In this document: one piece after another, positions 12,501-24,700 of the stretch
Layout: each line of letters starts with the position of its first letter
How positions within the stretch are numbered: position 1 is the stretch's first letter
NCBI GenBank assembly: GCA_030704615.1
Contig: CM060731.1
Coordinates: 48,670,001 to 48,734,000, forward strand
Direction of reading: 5' to 3'
Length of the DNA stretch: 64,000 nt
Origin: Takakia lepidozioides
Taxonomy: Eukaryota > Plantae > Bryophyta
Program-made: the position numbers and the translations under genes
Notes under the pieces: generated by a model
The model's input: only the letters and a program-made list of their open reading frames with translations
Databases searched by the model: none
What the model was told of the DNA's origin: nothing

Positions 12501-14450
12501 GTCCGATGGGAATCACAACTTTTGCTAGCCCCCACCCCCGAGACTGCATCTTCGGAGCCACCGGACATGCCACCCAACACGCATGGGCAGGGAGGGGATT
12601 CGCCCACCCCCCTTCAGGCTCCCTCACACATGAGGCCCTCCAATGGGCCCGTATGGCCACACACTCCTCCCCATCAAGCATCACGATCCTTTTACTTACT
12701 CACCAAAAGCTACCCAACAGTCCCCACCCCCTCCTACAATTCCCACCCGACGTAACACTCATCGCCGCTATCGAACCTAACCAACTCCGGTACATCCACA
12801 CCCCACTTCTCCCCAAATACCTCCGTTACAAAGAACCTACCCTTACCCTTCTCCTTCATGTCCAACACACCACGCATTCCACCATACCTCCCACCTGCCT
12901 TACTGGATCAACTCCTTAAGCGCATTCACAAGCTAAAAACCACCATCTACCCCCACCATATCACACACCTAGTCCTCACAATTCCACTTGGCTATATTTG
13001 AAGCACTCACCCAACTATCCTCATTCTCCTTTCCACATTGTATCTTCACAGACAACCTCACCTCACTCTTTCTCATCCGCAACCACCACTCTCGCCCATC
13101 CTCTCACCATCACCACTCTAACCGTAATCTCATTACAGCCATCACCAATTTGGCTATCTCCATCAACCAACCTATTCACTTTATCAAAGTACGTGCACAC
13201 ACAGGTATCCAGGGGAACGAGGTTGCCGACCTTCTTGCCCCGGAAGGTGCCGACGAACCCCCTGTTGACCTTACCAGTGATCCCATCCACATAGCACATA
13301 CCTACCCATTCTGGCTAATACACCCCATACCCGACCCCCTTGAACCCCGACCCATACGCAACCTTTTGAAAACCCTCACTCGAGAAGCCAATAAGCAAAC
13401 CTCGGTATGTGCTAGCCACACTAAAATATACATACAAAATTGGACACAATCCGCAGTACTCCATAACAAACTCTCAAACTACTTTTGGCATTCCAAAGCA
13501 ACTACTGACGCCCAAATTAAATAGACGCTTAAATTCTGATACGCACAATATATGAGACATCAGCGTAAACACATTTTCTGGCCACGTTTTTTTCGCTCCC
13601 CGCATTGTCCCCTTTGTTCTCATACCCACCAAGAACGTGACACTTGGCCACATCTTAGCCAATGCACACACCCAGTCATCCACGGGCTCCGTATAACCCA
13701 CCATAACCAAGCAGTCTCGCACATCCATAAACTCCTCCTACATCGCGCCGAGACAAGATGGTTCTCGCTAATCAACGCTGGTACCTACCAAGGATGACCC
13801 CCAGACCACACCGTTCCACAGTCGCTTCTCCCATGAACTTGCTCCCACTCCTCCTGCACATGCCCTACCAAACTATGCCCGAACATCTTGCTTGTACATG
13901 GTGTACCCATAAACTCCCCCCCAACCACCGCCCCAACCCCAAACCTTACCATCCACTTTATTGAGTTCACGTACTGCCATGATCAATACCCCGCTGACTC
14001 AACGCTAGACAAACGACTAAGATATGCGCCACTTATCCTTGCGCTTCGACATAAGGGCTGGGTCACTGGTCCTTTGACGGCTATGACGGCTATGACGGCT
14101 GGCACTAGAGGCGGCATTCATAATGCTAGTATCGATGCATTACACACTAACTTTAAACTCCCTATTCTCTCCATTCATAAATGTTTCAAGCAATACACCT
14201 CACAGCCCTCCGCCCCCTCACAGACATTATTACTAACAAATGTAAACTTGAATCTAACCCCTCTCTGGCTCCCGGGGTACCTAGGGTATCCTAGGTACTT
14301 CATGTACCCACGGTACCTTGCTCCTCTAGGCTCCTATTGTCCTATGGACACATTTTTACAGAGGGCCCACCCCCGAGAGAGGGCAGTAGCCGTGAGGCGA
14401 AGTGGCTCTTAGTTACACCGGCTTTGGCCGGAGTCTTCTCTCTCTCTTAT
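9538..14450 (+). mobile_element. Dualen/RandI-like non-LTR retrotransposon, 3' half (degenerate)
   Basis: RT motifs YADD (9602-9613) and YTYLGI. RNase H motifs IFTDN...KVRAHTGIQGNEVAD (about 12990-13240). CPLC..DTWPH..C zinc motif and HHNQAV. A restriction-like endonuclease segment (P[N/D]ILLV...IEFTY...K..RY.PL...GW) lies at about 13870-14060. Confidence 0.8.
10904..11753. mobile_element. Non-autonomous CACTA (En/Spm) element
   Basis: 20-bp TIRs CA[T]TACAACAGATCGCGGTA and TACCGCGATCTGTTGTAGTG, with a 3-bp TSD CAG on both sides. ATGACT/AGTCAT subterminal repeats are present. Confidence 0.93.
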
Positions 14451-14515
14451 GAATTTCTCAAAAGTCATTTTTGTTTTTTTGACATTGAAATAACTATACC
14501 CATTATAACCAAGCA

Positions 14516-14725
14516 CCGGTCAGTAACTCAGTTGGACAGTGCATTGTGCACCCAGGTGAATCCCAGCTCAAATCCGGCTACTTAGTTTGTGTGTGGTATT
14601 ATATCCGTCCAATACAGGCAGTGTCTTGTTCTCAGCATCTTATGGCAAGGTTTTGAAAGAGGTTAAAATTCTCCTCCCACTCCTGATTTGTGAGCAGCAC
14701 TTGCTCCCTTTAAAAACAAACAAAA
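14516..14725 (+). mobile_element. tRNA-derived SINE
   Basis: A-box TAACTCAGTTGG (14524), degenerate B-box GCTCAAATCC (14566) and an A-rich tail. The 3' body resembles 46500-46595. Confidence 0.65.
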
Positions 14726-14956
14726 TAGGCCCTGGAAGACCAGTTTTTTTCCGCTTAAGAAAAACCCAAAAGCAACAAAAATTGAATTCAAATATAATTT
14801 GCTATATTAAAGATATTACTTTCAGATAGAGTTTCAAATCTGAATGAATAGTGGTGTCGTGGCCAGGGTCCGGTCCTAGGGATGGTGTCTCATGTATGCT
14901 TCATGGCTTACATATGACAGGGTGTCACTTTTTCCCCTTCCTCTGGTAAGGGACTC

Positions 14957-15084
14957 ACAGGTTTCCTTTAGCCAAAACAAAAAAAAATAAAAAATGAACA
15001 TCATTACCATACCCGAACAAACAGGTTTCCTTTAGCCAAAACAAAAAAAAATAAAAAATGAACATCATTACCATACCCGAACAA
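14957..15084 (+). repeat. Perfect 64-bp tandem duplication covering a SINE-like A-rich tail
   Basis: 14957-15020 is identical to 15021-15084. Confidence 0.9.
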
Positions 15085-17255
15085 ACATTTCAAGATGCAG
15101 GACTCTCTCCCTTACAACAGAGTTCAAAATCTTCATGTAAGGCGTGTGAAGCCGTGACTTTCAAGTTGACCTCATCTATTTACTAGAAGATTCGAAACCC
15201 GCTGCAATCCTACACAAAAATGTAGTTCACTCATTGCCAACTTCTCTTTCAACATCTTTTTTCAAAGGCCTCTTTTCGAGTCTTGACCTGAACATGACTG
15301 GACCATTATAAGTTACATCTCACAGTGGGTGGACATAGCACTGCAACATTAAGTGCAATTTTGCACCATGTCTAAAAACAATACGAACTCAGACCTTGCT
15401 CTACCATACACTGGCCTAATTTTTTTAAGCCACAAAAATATGACTGACAACATCTCTTTAGGTGTTACATCAGTGTCATGGGCACAGGGAAAAGGTCTCT
15501 TTCCCGCTTTCCCTTACCCCAAAACTGAGAAATCCAACTGCCACAAATGAAGCTCCATTGTTCGGCTGTGTTCAAGTTCTGAACATCAATGTGCTTCAAA
15601 AACCAGCCTGGAAAACGGCCCCAACCGTCATGCCCTACCCTGCATTCAAGATGTTGTACAAAAAGTGAGTGCTTGTAATACAACTACTGTTTATGTGGTA
15701 GTCTATGACGTAGCATGGATTCCATGGATGTATGTAAAAGAAATTCACCACTAATAAGTACTTGGGAATACAACTAGTCTCTAATTTTTGCTGTGGTAGA
15801 TATACGTATAACTGTTTAAATATTAGTTTGGTAATTACTATACAAAAACCAGGAGACTTACTGTAAAGAGTGGTCTAGCTTGAATTGCTGGGCTCCTTGA
15901 TGCTCTGCGATTAAGTGGAGCCAGTGGAGAGCTTGTGGCACCTATTGGTTGAAGGAAGTCTACCTAGTACCACTGGAAAGATGATGTACTTCAAAGGGAC
16001 TTCTTTAAATTAATAAATTTACCACAAATTGTTATTCCTCCCTCCGCAAGCCAGAATATGGAGACCCTGAAGGACTATTGCTTCTCACAGCCCTAACCGG
16101 GACACCGAGGTAGCCCAACCTCCTCCCAAGGAAGTGAAAGCATCAAGTACCCCCGCATTGGGTGACTGGTTGACCCAGTGCACCCATTTTTATAGCTAGT
16201 TTGGCTGTAATGCGTGAGGGACTTACATAAGAGGGTCTGTAATCTTCCTTTGTCACGAACTCCCTTATTGTCCTAGTTGAGAGCTTGTTTACCCCCACTA
16301 AAATGAGGATGACTTCAATTTACAGTTTATAACTTTGGACACCACGACAATTAGTGTGGGACAACACCTCAGAGTCAGGCAGACTACAAGGATGGAGATC
16401 ATACCTCAATCCTTTGATGGTACCCACATCAAGGGCATTCAGTAGAAATACATCCTTTGAACCTCTAGCAAAATTATCCTTCGACTGTGCAATATTTGAT
16501 GGGCCAGTATTGCCCAAGGCTCCAAACAGAGTGATATAAACATACTCATCTGTGCCCGCAAAAAGCTGCTTGCCAGTCCAAATTGTCAGCTTATACGTCA
16601 CTTCTGCAAATTCACATTCCCTTTCTATCAGACAAAGAACTCGGTCTCTGCTTATCCACCAAGTACCCTTGGAGGCAGAAAACAGGCAACCCTCGATGAG
16701 CTTTAGGTAGCAGATGTAGGATGCATTGTGGGAATCTTTGTTTCAGTAAGGAGTTGAGGGGGGGCGGTGGGGGTTGTTCAGCTTAGCCTGCACGTTTATG
16801 AGGTCGGTGCTCTGGAGTGGCTTGCACCTCTTGTGATTGCCAAGCCATTGTTGCCAGGGCAGTGCCCTGTACCAAGTCCTCTCCAAAAGCCTGGCCCGCA
16901 CCGGTTCACAGAAAGGCCACAGTTAGTTTTGCACTCCTGCACTTTTCACATCTACAAGAGCAAGAGATACAAACTTTATGGGGTCCACAGAGGGCCCATG
17001 GGCACTTCATCTTCTGGTGTTGTTTCATGCTTTCCTAGAAGAGGGGTGGAAAAAAGAACTGTTTCAGGAAGCAATCTCTCTGTCAAGGGATGTCATGAGG
17101 GCAACCTTGGGGGTCAACTCCGCAATTAGCTCCTTGTAAACCACCCGACCATCATGTTGCTTGTCCATCCACTGTTCGCACTGGAAGTTCCACTCCTGAC
17201 CACTTTTGTTGTGCATCACTGCCAAAAGGATGGTTTCAGCAATTATCAGCAGTCA

Positions 17256-20200
17256 ACTCAGAGAGAGAATGTACGCATGATGTTTGCACTCAACAGAGAG
17301 AATGTACTCATAAGACGTTGTTTTTCCGTAGCCTTGTGGTCAATGACCCCGAGCCCAGTTTGAGCAGAACACAAAAAGGACAGAAACCACCTTTGTCAGG
17401 GGCTGACGCCGGTAGTTGGAACAGACATTTAATCCGAGTTTTCCAGATATCCTCTAGAAATCCCTTTACACAAGCATCAATCTGCTGTGTGTGATTTGCC
17501 CAATGACTAGGCCCCAAGAGGGCCTGGGCTTTTGGCTCAGCCTCAAGATTTTGAAACTTGGTAAACAGAGGTACAGGCACAAATCCCTTGATGGATTTGA
17601 CGAGGGCATCTCTCTGGTGAGAGTACCCAGGACACTGAATCAGAAAAATGAATATTGTCTTCAGGTTGCCCACACAACAGGCATTTGCAATCCCCCTTTC
17701 CTCTCTGCATCTGTTTGCTGTTCAAAGGTAGGCTTCCCGCCTTGAGTTTGATTTTCAGTCTAGAGCCGAGAGTGGGTAAACCCTTGAGGTCATCCATGAT
17801 GGCCTCCCCCATGTCACAGACTGGAAACAAGTTCAGGGAAGTTTTCTAATTAAGTTATTTTCATCAGACAACTTCCTGGCAACAGACATGGCTTTGGACA
17901 CTACAGCCTCCAAGTCAGATCTATCCAGCAGGGTCAAGACTTGCGGACTTAGATTCACATCCTTGAAAATCTCTTGTACCTCCTGCTTCCAAGATATAGA
18001 GTTGAACTTGGGAGATCTCACGTTGCAGCTGACTCCCCATCTGACCTTGAATTCATCTCGTCAGGAGCTTAAGAGAGGAATGCCAAACTCACCTCGAACA
18101 GCCACATTAACTGTTTTGGAGCATGCTGACATGCACTCCTTAGCACCTCCACTGGAATGGATTCAGGAGACTTAGCCTGGTTGGAGTTATCAACCCACAC
18201 TGCAGATGCGTACTCCAAGGTAGGCCTAATAACACGGCGAAGAATAGTTTTTTTACTGCAGAATTGATCCCTCTGCAGTGGGAAAACGTGAGTGAGGTCC
18301 AAATGCTTTGCACTTGCCAGATTGAACAACTTTTGAATATGTGCATCCCAACTACAATTGGAGGAAAACTCAATGCCTTTGTAGGAAGGGAGGACAGGAA
18401 TCTCTGGGGTTCCCCACTGCCACTTGACATCGCCTCCTCCCTCCCCTCGGTCGTTGAATGCCACCACTGCACATTTTGTGACATTAGCCTCTAGCCCCCA
18501 AAGGTCAAAGTATCTCTTCGCGCAATCAATCAACTCCTAAAGAGTTGGATGGAGTCTCCCCTGTGCCTGCGAAGTCGTCCGCAAACATAAGGGCTGGTAT
18601 GGTGGCATCACCTACCCTTAACCCAAATCCCTCACTTTCCACATCCTCGATGAGTTGATTGATGAAAAAATTGAAGAGCAGAGGCAAAAGGGTACATCCT
18701 TGATCTACACCTTGGTCTATGTCAAAGAAGTTAGACTTCTGTCCATTAGCAGTGACAGCTTTTGGTGTGAGCATACAAGTTATGGACCACTCTCCACATC
18801 TTTCCCTTGATCACAGATGACCAGAGTTGGAGCCATAGATCATCTCTCCACACTCTGTCTTGAGCATTTCTGACATCCAAGAAAAAGACAAAAGTGGGTT
18901 TCCCTTCTTTTTTCCTTCCCTGGATAAATCTGGCTTAGCGTGAAGATATGGTCCACACAGCCCCTGTTTCTCCGAAAGCCAGCTTGGCCTTCATGGAACA
19001 ACCTCGATAAGGTTAAAGAGAAGTACAACGGCATCTATCATGGGGTCGCAACCGTGCTTGACTATGCCATCAGGTCCACCAGCTTTATATCTGTTTAAAT
19101 GCTCAATTGCTTCCACAATCTCGGAAGAACTAATGGGAGCGTTGTAAACCTTTGAAATGTACTCCACTACATCAGGGCTGTCTTAAATCACATAGAACAG
19201 TTTTTTCAACTGTGCCCTTCCATTCTTCAGAAGACCCTCACTGTTAGACCTAGAATTTCTGCCAAGGATACTGTAGTGAGTTTCAAAGGTTTTGACAATG
19301 TCAACCGTTGAAGTCACCACTGCACCCTTAGTAGTCCTCAGCGCTTGTACTTGCTGAGAGAGAGAGAATGTACTCATGCTGTTCCCTGCGAATGTTGGCT
19401 TGCCATAGCCCACTGGCCATTGACTTAGCGGGAAACTAACCCTCCCGGAGTCTTTTATGGGGTTCACACCCACCAGGGTTTAGAGATCTACTCATAAGAC
19501 TGTGTTTGCCGTAACCTTGTGACCATAGACCCTGCGCACAGTTTGGGTGGAACAAAAGAGACCAGAAACTACCTTTGTGAGGGGCTCACTCCGGTAGTAT
19601 GACTTAACTTGACACCAGGGTTCAGAGAGGAGAGAGAGATGATGTACTCATAAGACTGTTTGCCATGGATTTGTGGCCATAGACCCCGTGCCAGGTTTAG
19701 GCGGAACAGATTGTACTCATAAGATGTTGTTTGCCGTAGCCTTGTGGCCATTGACCCCGCGCCCAGTTTGAGCGGGAACAAAAGGGACAGAACCTACCTC
19801 TGTCAGGGGCTGACGTTGGTAGTGTGACTTACCATCATATATAGAATTAATCTGGGTTTTCCAGATATCCTCTAGAAATCCCTTCACACAAGCATCAATC
19901 TGCTGTGTGTGATTTGCCCAAGTTGATATAGTTATCTTCGCTAATTCAAGCTTGGACATTAGATATAAATAGGCAAAGCACGGAGGGTACATAGCTTGTT
20001 GTGTTACTAGGCCTCAGGAGGGCCTGGGCTTTTGGCTCAGCTTCGAGACTTTCAAAGTTGTTAAACAGGGTACAGGCACAATTCCCTTGATAGAATTGAA
20101 GAGAGCGTCTCTTTGGTGAGAGAACCCCGGACAGTGTATCAGAAAGTGAATACTGTCTTCAGATTGTCCACACAGCGGGCAATTGCACTCTCCCTTTCCT

Positions 20201-21010
20201 CTCTGCTTCTGTTTGCTGTTCAAAGGTAGACTTCCGGCCCTGAGTTTAAATTTCAGTCTAGTGCCGAGAGTGGGTAGACCCTTGTGGTCATCCAAGATGT
20301 CCTCCCCCATGTCACTCACTGGAAACAAGTTCAGGGAAGTTTTCTGCCTAACTTCATTTTCATCAGACAATCTCATGGCAACAGACATGGCTGAGGACAC
20401 TACAGCCTCTAAGTCAGATTTATCCAGCAGGGTCAAGACTTGCGGATCCAGGTCCAGGTCCTTGAGAATCTCTTCTACTCTTTAGGCGGAACAGAGAGAA
20501 ATGAAATGAAATGGTGCTTTATAACGAGAGAGAGAGAATGTACCCATAAGACATTTGCCGTAGCCTTGTGGCCATTGAGAGAGAGTGTGTGTGTATACTC
20601 ATAAGACGTTGTTTGCCGTAGCCTTGCGGCCATAGACCCCCCGCCAGTTTGGGTGGAACTAAAGGGAACAGAAACTACATTTGTGAGGGGCTCACACTGG
20701 TAGTGTGACTTACTATGGAATAGACAATTGATTCCGGGCTTCCACATATTCTCTAGAAAGCCCTTCACACAATCATCAACCTGATGTGTGATCTATCTGC
20801 CCAGCAATTAGACCCCAACTGGACCATGGCTTTAGGCTCAGCCTCAAGATTTTCAAAGTTGGTGAACAGTGGTCCAGGGACAAAGTTCTTGTGAAGAGAG
20901 TCACTCTCTGGTCAGAGTATCCCCTACAATGTATCAGAAAATGGATATTGTCTTCAGGCTGCCTGCACATTGGGTAATTAGTCTAGTGACAAGGGTAGGT
21001 AGGCCCTGCT
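17256..21010 (-). mobile_element. Intronic cluster of nested 5'-truncated LINE copies (RTEX/L2-like) ending in ATGAGTACATTCTCTCT
   Basis: The longest copy (about 17293-19355) has [30 protein letters not shown] and a C-terminal CxxC..ED..HF..C motif. At least 5 more 3' ends occur at about 19488, 19625, 19711, 20527 and 20579. A 15-bp TSD TTTAGGCGGAACAGA lies at 19696-19710 and 20481-20495. Confidence 0.88.
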
Positions 21011-21689
21011 TGTTGCAATAACCAAGCACGTCTAAGTCTGACAGTTTAAATAGGGTACTAGGATGATATGAAGGATGTACTTGTGACACCCTATTTGAAA
21101 CTCTTGTCAGGTTGAAGGGCAGCTTGTACCAGTTGCAAAGGACAGATGCCAGCTGGGTTCGAAACCAGTAGAGTCCTGCCATATCCTCAGCTTTCTCAGA
21201 GATCCCAGGTCCTCGCACTCAAAGACAACCTGCTGAGTGCATGATGTCAATTATTGCATATTTAGTAGATGTGCTTGATGAAACAAGGCAAGTCTTCCTA
21301 GCCCTGGAGACCTCTAAGCTTCACCTCTTTCAAGGACTATGATATTGAACAGTCTAGCCAATCATTTGGCCCATCTTGCAGGGATTTCAGCTAACACTAG
21401 CTGAAAGCTATGTCTTGTGCTAAGACCAACTCAATACAGTTTGGGTGCATGACTGGTAAAACGGCACTTCAGTGATACTACATATGCTTCGATCTGCCCG
21501 GGTGGCAGCTGCCAGCAATTGTTGTCCATCTTCTTGTACTTTCCATCAGTAAAGCATTCCAATTTATATGTTGTGGCCTCCTCAACATCCCGGGTGTATT
21601 GAATTGATTCAAGCATGCTTAGCACCACAGGTCTATGAAGACGAAGGTGCGAAGTTCTTCGTCACTTTTCTAGTTGATTCTGCAAGTTG

Positions 21690-21768
21690 GTTGGTGCTAG
21701 GCTTTCTTTTCTTAATACTATCTTTTATCCGCGGACGTTATAAAGCACCATTTCATTTCATTTCATTT
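21690..21768 (+). mobile_element. 3' tail of another non-LTR element ending in (CATTT)n
   Basis: CGTTATAAAGCACCATTTCATTTCATTT; the same 28-mer occurs on the minus strand at about 20499-20526. The 5' boundary is not determined. Confidence 0.55.
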
Positions 21769-24700
21769 GTAGTGTTTCAGATGTTTCTGGAATTCAACAT
21801 GCTTTGTGTTTGGATTGCTAATCTTTGCAAAGATCTTGTCAGCTACTGTGCCTCTGAATCCACCTGCCAGCGGGTCATTAAGTCTGGTAGTGTACCCAGT
21901 TTGGGTACCTATTATGTATTTTATGTCGGCACACGGATTCACCTCTATATTTGGCATTGTCACAGGTAGATTTTAACATTGATTCACCTCGGTTATGGAG
22001 CCACGCCTAAAGAGATTGTGGTGGTGGTTGCGCACACGTTGCTCTGGACTGCGATGCAGTTCGCCAAACAGGACGAATGCAACATTGGCACGGGTTCCTG
22101 CTCTCTCGATATTACTGGTGTAAAAACGAGCCCTGTAGTCCACTCGGGGAATTGCCTCTGCGTCAGCCAATCCTGGCAAGAGTTCCACAGTTGTCTCGCC
22201 ATCACCCACATCCTTGTCTAACCACCTGTCGACAAGAAAATGGCTCAGTTGGGATGCCTTAGCAAAAGGAAACAGTACACTCGTGGCAATGCTCCCCCAC
22301 TGATGCTTGTTTCACAATCTAATAATCTTTTTTGACATACAAGAAGCAAAATGCTGGCATTAGTAGGGCATTAGAAGGGCACTCCCTAGGATCTGGGCCA
22401 TAGTGAAGAATGCCTAGCAATTGCCCTCTCTGATAGAATATGCAAGAATTGACCCTTCTCATTGGAAATGCAAATTGGAGCAGAGTACCTGTTGCACGGG
22501 AGGTAAAAGGAGGTGCCTAACTCAATGATTGCAATGTGGACGCCACTCAAATGCCAACCGCTTCCTTGGCTAGCATCAACCAGAGCAATGCGACGAATAC
22601 GGCACAGCTCCCCTACATCTATATCCTGCACATAACGCATCATAGTGATATTGCTTCAACTCTTGCCTTTCACCTCTCTCTACCCAACATCCCCAACATA
22701 ACCCTTTAAAGGCGATATGGTGTCTGTATTTAAAATTGAACTATGACAGATTGGACACTAATGAGTGTCCAATCATTAGGGATTGGCTGAACCGTTTAGC
22801 GCTGACATGTTGGAGGTTCCCATAGAGGAAACACCATACATTAATTCTCTTGCAGAATAATCTGGAGAACATTGAGGCAAAAGACAGTGGCACACCTCCA
22901 CAATGAACTTGTCCTTTTGCTCCTTGCCCTTTCCAACCCCTGGTTTGGCCAGGGTCAGATTGTGTTCCTTGCTTTCATACTCTACGCCAAACATAACAAG
23001 TGAAAAATTGGCCTGTAGTCCACGAAATTCCTCCGTGTATATCAAAATTTGGTATGTACATTTGGGCCTCTTAGTACACAAAGGGATCTCAATTTCCGTC
23101 AATCCGTCCTCTTTCTCAGGACCCAGCCACCTTCCAGATGGAAAGTTGTACTTCTTACTCACAGTCTCATCACTGATCTCCACCTTCTCTAAATGCCAAT
23201 GGCTGTCTAGCCCTGCAAGTGTAAGCCCTATGACAATTTTCTTAAGCTCACCTAGCAATGGAAACTGCAGCACAAACTCGTCTATGCAGCCCTGTTGGAA
23301 GCTGCTGGGACTACTTTCCTGCTTGTTCGCCCATCCCCCTTGTCCATAGCGAGCCATTGCTCACATGGAAAGTACGACTTCCTTCCATAACTGTCCTCAC
23401 TCCCATCAATGAGTTCCATATCACTCTCCTCACTCACCTCAAGGAGGTCCAAGAAACCAGCCAGAACATGGCCCTTCCCCATCAAGCTGTATAATTATCC
23501 GACTGACATCCCCTAGAAATGGAAGGTTCAGCAAGAATGTGTCTGCTTGAGCCCTTTCAAACTCTTCCTTATCAGCACATAACTTCTGATATCCACTGTC
23601 TCTAATATCTCCACATAAAATGATCGACACATCCGCATTGCTTGCAGCTCCCCGGCAGTCACCTGTGAATGCTGTGATACGATAGGTCATTTTGGATGCC
23701 TTCGGATCAGCAAGATCCAGAGGCTCCAAGTCTTTGATTGTGCAGCCATTTCCATTTCTGTCATCAATCCACTCATTGCAGATAAAGACGCAACTTTTAC
23801 CAGTTCCTTCCTCTACTACTTCTACTTTGTCCAGATGCCATGCTGGGCTCAACCCTGAGTTGTCATGCCCAATTTGAAGTTTAACAAGGGGTCCCATCTC
23901 TGGAGCCTCAATTGTGAATACATCACACTTCCTCTTTCAAAGGCCTCAGACGATGCCACGATTTTCTTCTCACCGGACTCCCCATGATCTCCGATGAGCT
24001 GAATGACAATGTTTGCATCAGTTCCACCACCCTTAATATCTGAGGTGAAGACTGCAAAGTTATAGCGTGATAGCTTTTGGTCTCCATGATAACCAAGCAC
24101 AATCTGTCTCCTGATGAGCCCATCTCCAAAGTCTGAATCAAACCACTGATTAACAGGGAAAAGCCACTTGGAGCTATCGCTGAGATTTTCCACTGAAACT
24201 TCAGCCAAATGCCAGCTGGGGTTTGAACCAGTATTGTCATGCCCTATGTCTTATGAGTACAATCTATCCGTAGCAAGGGCCCCAAGTTCAGGAGAGTAAG
24301 AAGAAAAGAGTTCCCTTTTCCTCTCTCAAAATCGTATTGAGAGGAGCTGAGAATTATTGGACCTGCACTGCCTTGCTCTCCATACAAACAAATGGTCACA
24401 TTGGCATCTGTTCCAGCACCCTTGACATTACTAGTTACTGTTGTAACTTTGTACTGACACTTCAAGGTCTCAGGATTGTGTACCATGGGGTGAAGTACTC
24501 GCTCTGTCATTTTACTGCTGTCCAACCACTGCCCACAATAGAAATACCATTCTTTGCCTGTGGCCTCTTCTTGCAAGGTCACAGTATCCAAATGCCATCC
24601 AGGCTTTAAGCCTGAGTTATCATGTCCAATGCAAATTTTCTTGATTTCTCCCAACTCTTTGGATTCGAAGGAGAAATGATCTGTCTTGCCTCGCTCAAAA

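Noticed and set aside
14360-14410. Hammerhead or HDV ribozyme
   Set aside because: It lacks the CUGANGA core, and no nested double pseudoknot is evident. It is kept only as a generic structured RNA.
14516-14580. Functional tRNA genes here and at 41350-41430, 45512-45590 and 46366-46430
   Set aside because: A and B boxes are present but the cloverleaves are incomplete, and the sequences continue into SINE or TE bodies.
19356-20620. CRISPR-like repeat-spacer array
   Set aside because: The repeats are LINE 3' ends of unequal length with TSDs, in a eukaryotic intron, and no cas genes are present.
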